This document shows positions 23,265 to 24,000 of a DNA stretch of 24,000 nt, piece by piece. Location of the stretch: contig BEHE01000002.1 of the NCBI GenBank assembly GCA_002898395.1, positions 77,544 through 101,543 on the forward strand, given 5' to 3'. Source of the stretch: Candidatus Calditenuaceae archaeon HR02 (GTDB lineage Archaea; Thermoproteota; Nitrososphaeria_A; Caldarchaeales; Calditenuaceae). The position numbers and the translations under genes were made by a program. The notes beneath the pieces were generated by a model that saw only the letters and a program-made list of their open reading frames with translations, was not told the DNA's origin and did no database searches. Positions within the stretch are counted from its first letter, which is position 1; the number at the start of each line of letters is the position of its first letter.

Positions 23265-24000
23265 TTAGCCGATAGGCAGGCCTCGTCTTATAAGCTGTGC
23301 TACATTCTTCGCAGGTTTTCCATATTTCTCAAATGCTGCGGGATAGTTCTCCCTTTCAATTATCTCCTTGTGCCGCCGCGCCATGTTATCTAGTGCGGTT
23401 TGAGGAGTGATATTGCCCGCTAGTGCTGCATGTATCTCTTCTTGTACGACAGTCAGCATCTCGAAGAAGAATGGAACGTTCCAGAAGTCGACTTGGAATG
23501 CTATAGAGTCGGCATAGGCCCGGTTGTATGGTGTTAGGTTCCTAAACCACTCGGTCTGGACGATGTCCCTGATACATACTCCGCCACCACCTTCAGCCCA
23601 TCTACGCTGATTCTGGGGCTGGAACCAGAATTTTATGAAGGCAAGCGCCTCCTCTGCATAGTCGCTGTAGGCGTTTATACACATCGGCTGTCCCCCGATT
23701 CCGCTATACCTCCTGAATATACCATCATCTCCTTTGTGCCCAGGCGGAGGCACAACCCTTATCACGTTGTATACCTTGGATGCCGCAGGGTCGAAGAGCT
23801 CGGAAGGAAGCCGGCCCAGTTATAGATCATGGCTACTCTTCCAGCCTGCATTACGGCATTGGCCTCGTCAAACCATATTTCAAGGGCGTTCGGTGGGGCA
23901 TAGGGGACTAGCGAGACATAGAACTCGAGGGCCTGCCGCGCCCTCGGGCTATTGATCCATCCATCAACTTCTCCCGTCTCAGGGTCCCACCAATACTCTC
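23265..24000 (-). pseudogene. Extracellular solute-binding protein (family 1, sugar), interrupted by a 1-nt frameshift; 5' end outside the window
   Basis: The frame from 23998 reads EYWWDPETGEVDGWINSPRARQALEFYVSLVPYAPPNALEIWFDEANAVMQAGRVAMIYNWAGFLP and then runs into a TGA at 23762-23764. The continuation ELFDPAASKVYNVIRVVPPPGHKG... is in the -1 frame, which is open only from 23819. The switch point lies within about 23795-23812. Confidence 0.75.

Overview
This looks like an archaeal chromosomal segment, crenarchaeote or Thermoproteales-like. The evidence is A/V-type ATPase genes, eS1 and Pcc1, TATA-driven leaderless genes, GGTGA-type Shine-Dalgarno sites, and a tRNA with a non-canonical intron. 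Nt 1-11000 is mostly housekeeping. It holds the 3' part of rps13, a two-ORF cobalamin-independent methionine synthase, a RecJ/Cdc45-family DHH protein, Pcc1, rps3Ae and a DUF2095-like ORF. It also holds a ModA/WtpA-type molybdate/tungstate ABC transporter, divergently paired with a ModE-like regulator across one palindromic TATA box, followed by atpF-atpE-atpA. Nt 11000-13450 holds tRNA-Ala(UGC) with a roughly 30-nt D-arm intron, followed by two insertion sequences: an apparently intact IS6-like element and a decayed IS4/IS5-type element. Nt 13450-24000 is accessory and metabolic. It starts with a four-cistron molybdenum hydroxylase operon (FAD, 2Fe-2S, and a Mo subunit divided into two same-frame ORFs by a single TGA). 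Next come an MBL-fold hydrolase translationally coupled to a DUF3237-like protein, then a minus-strand CUT1-type sugar ABC operon. That operon has a frameshifted binding-protein gene, two permeases, two different MalK-type ATPases, a 90-aa 3-TM ORF between the ATPases, and an orphan 187-aa ORF. The two ATPases have motif lesions that fall in the same composite ATP site, which I consider the most unusual feature. I found no CRISPR array, rRNA or recognisable defence gene. All calls rest on reading motifs in the supplied translations and sequence; no database search was possible.
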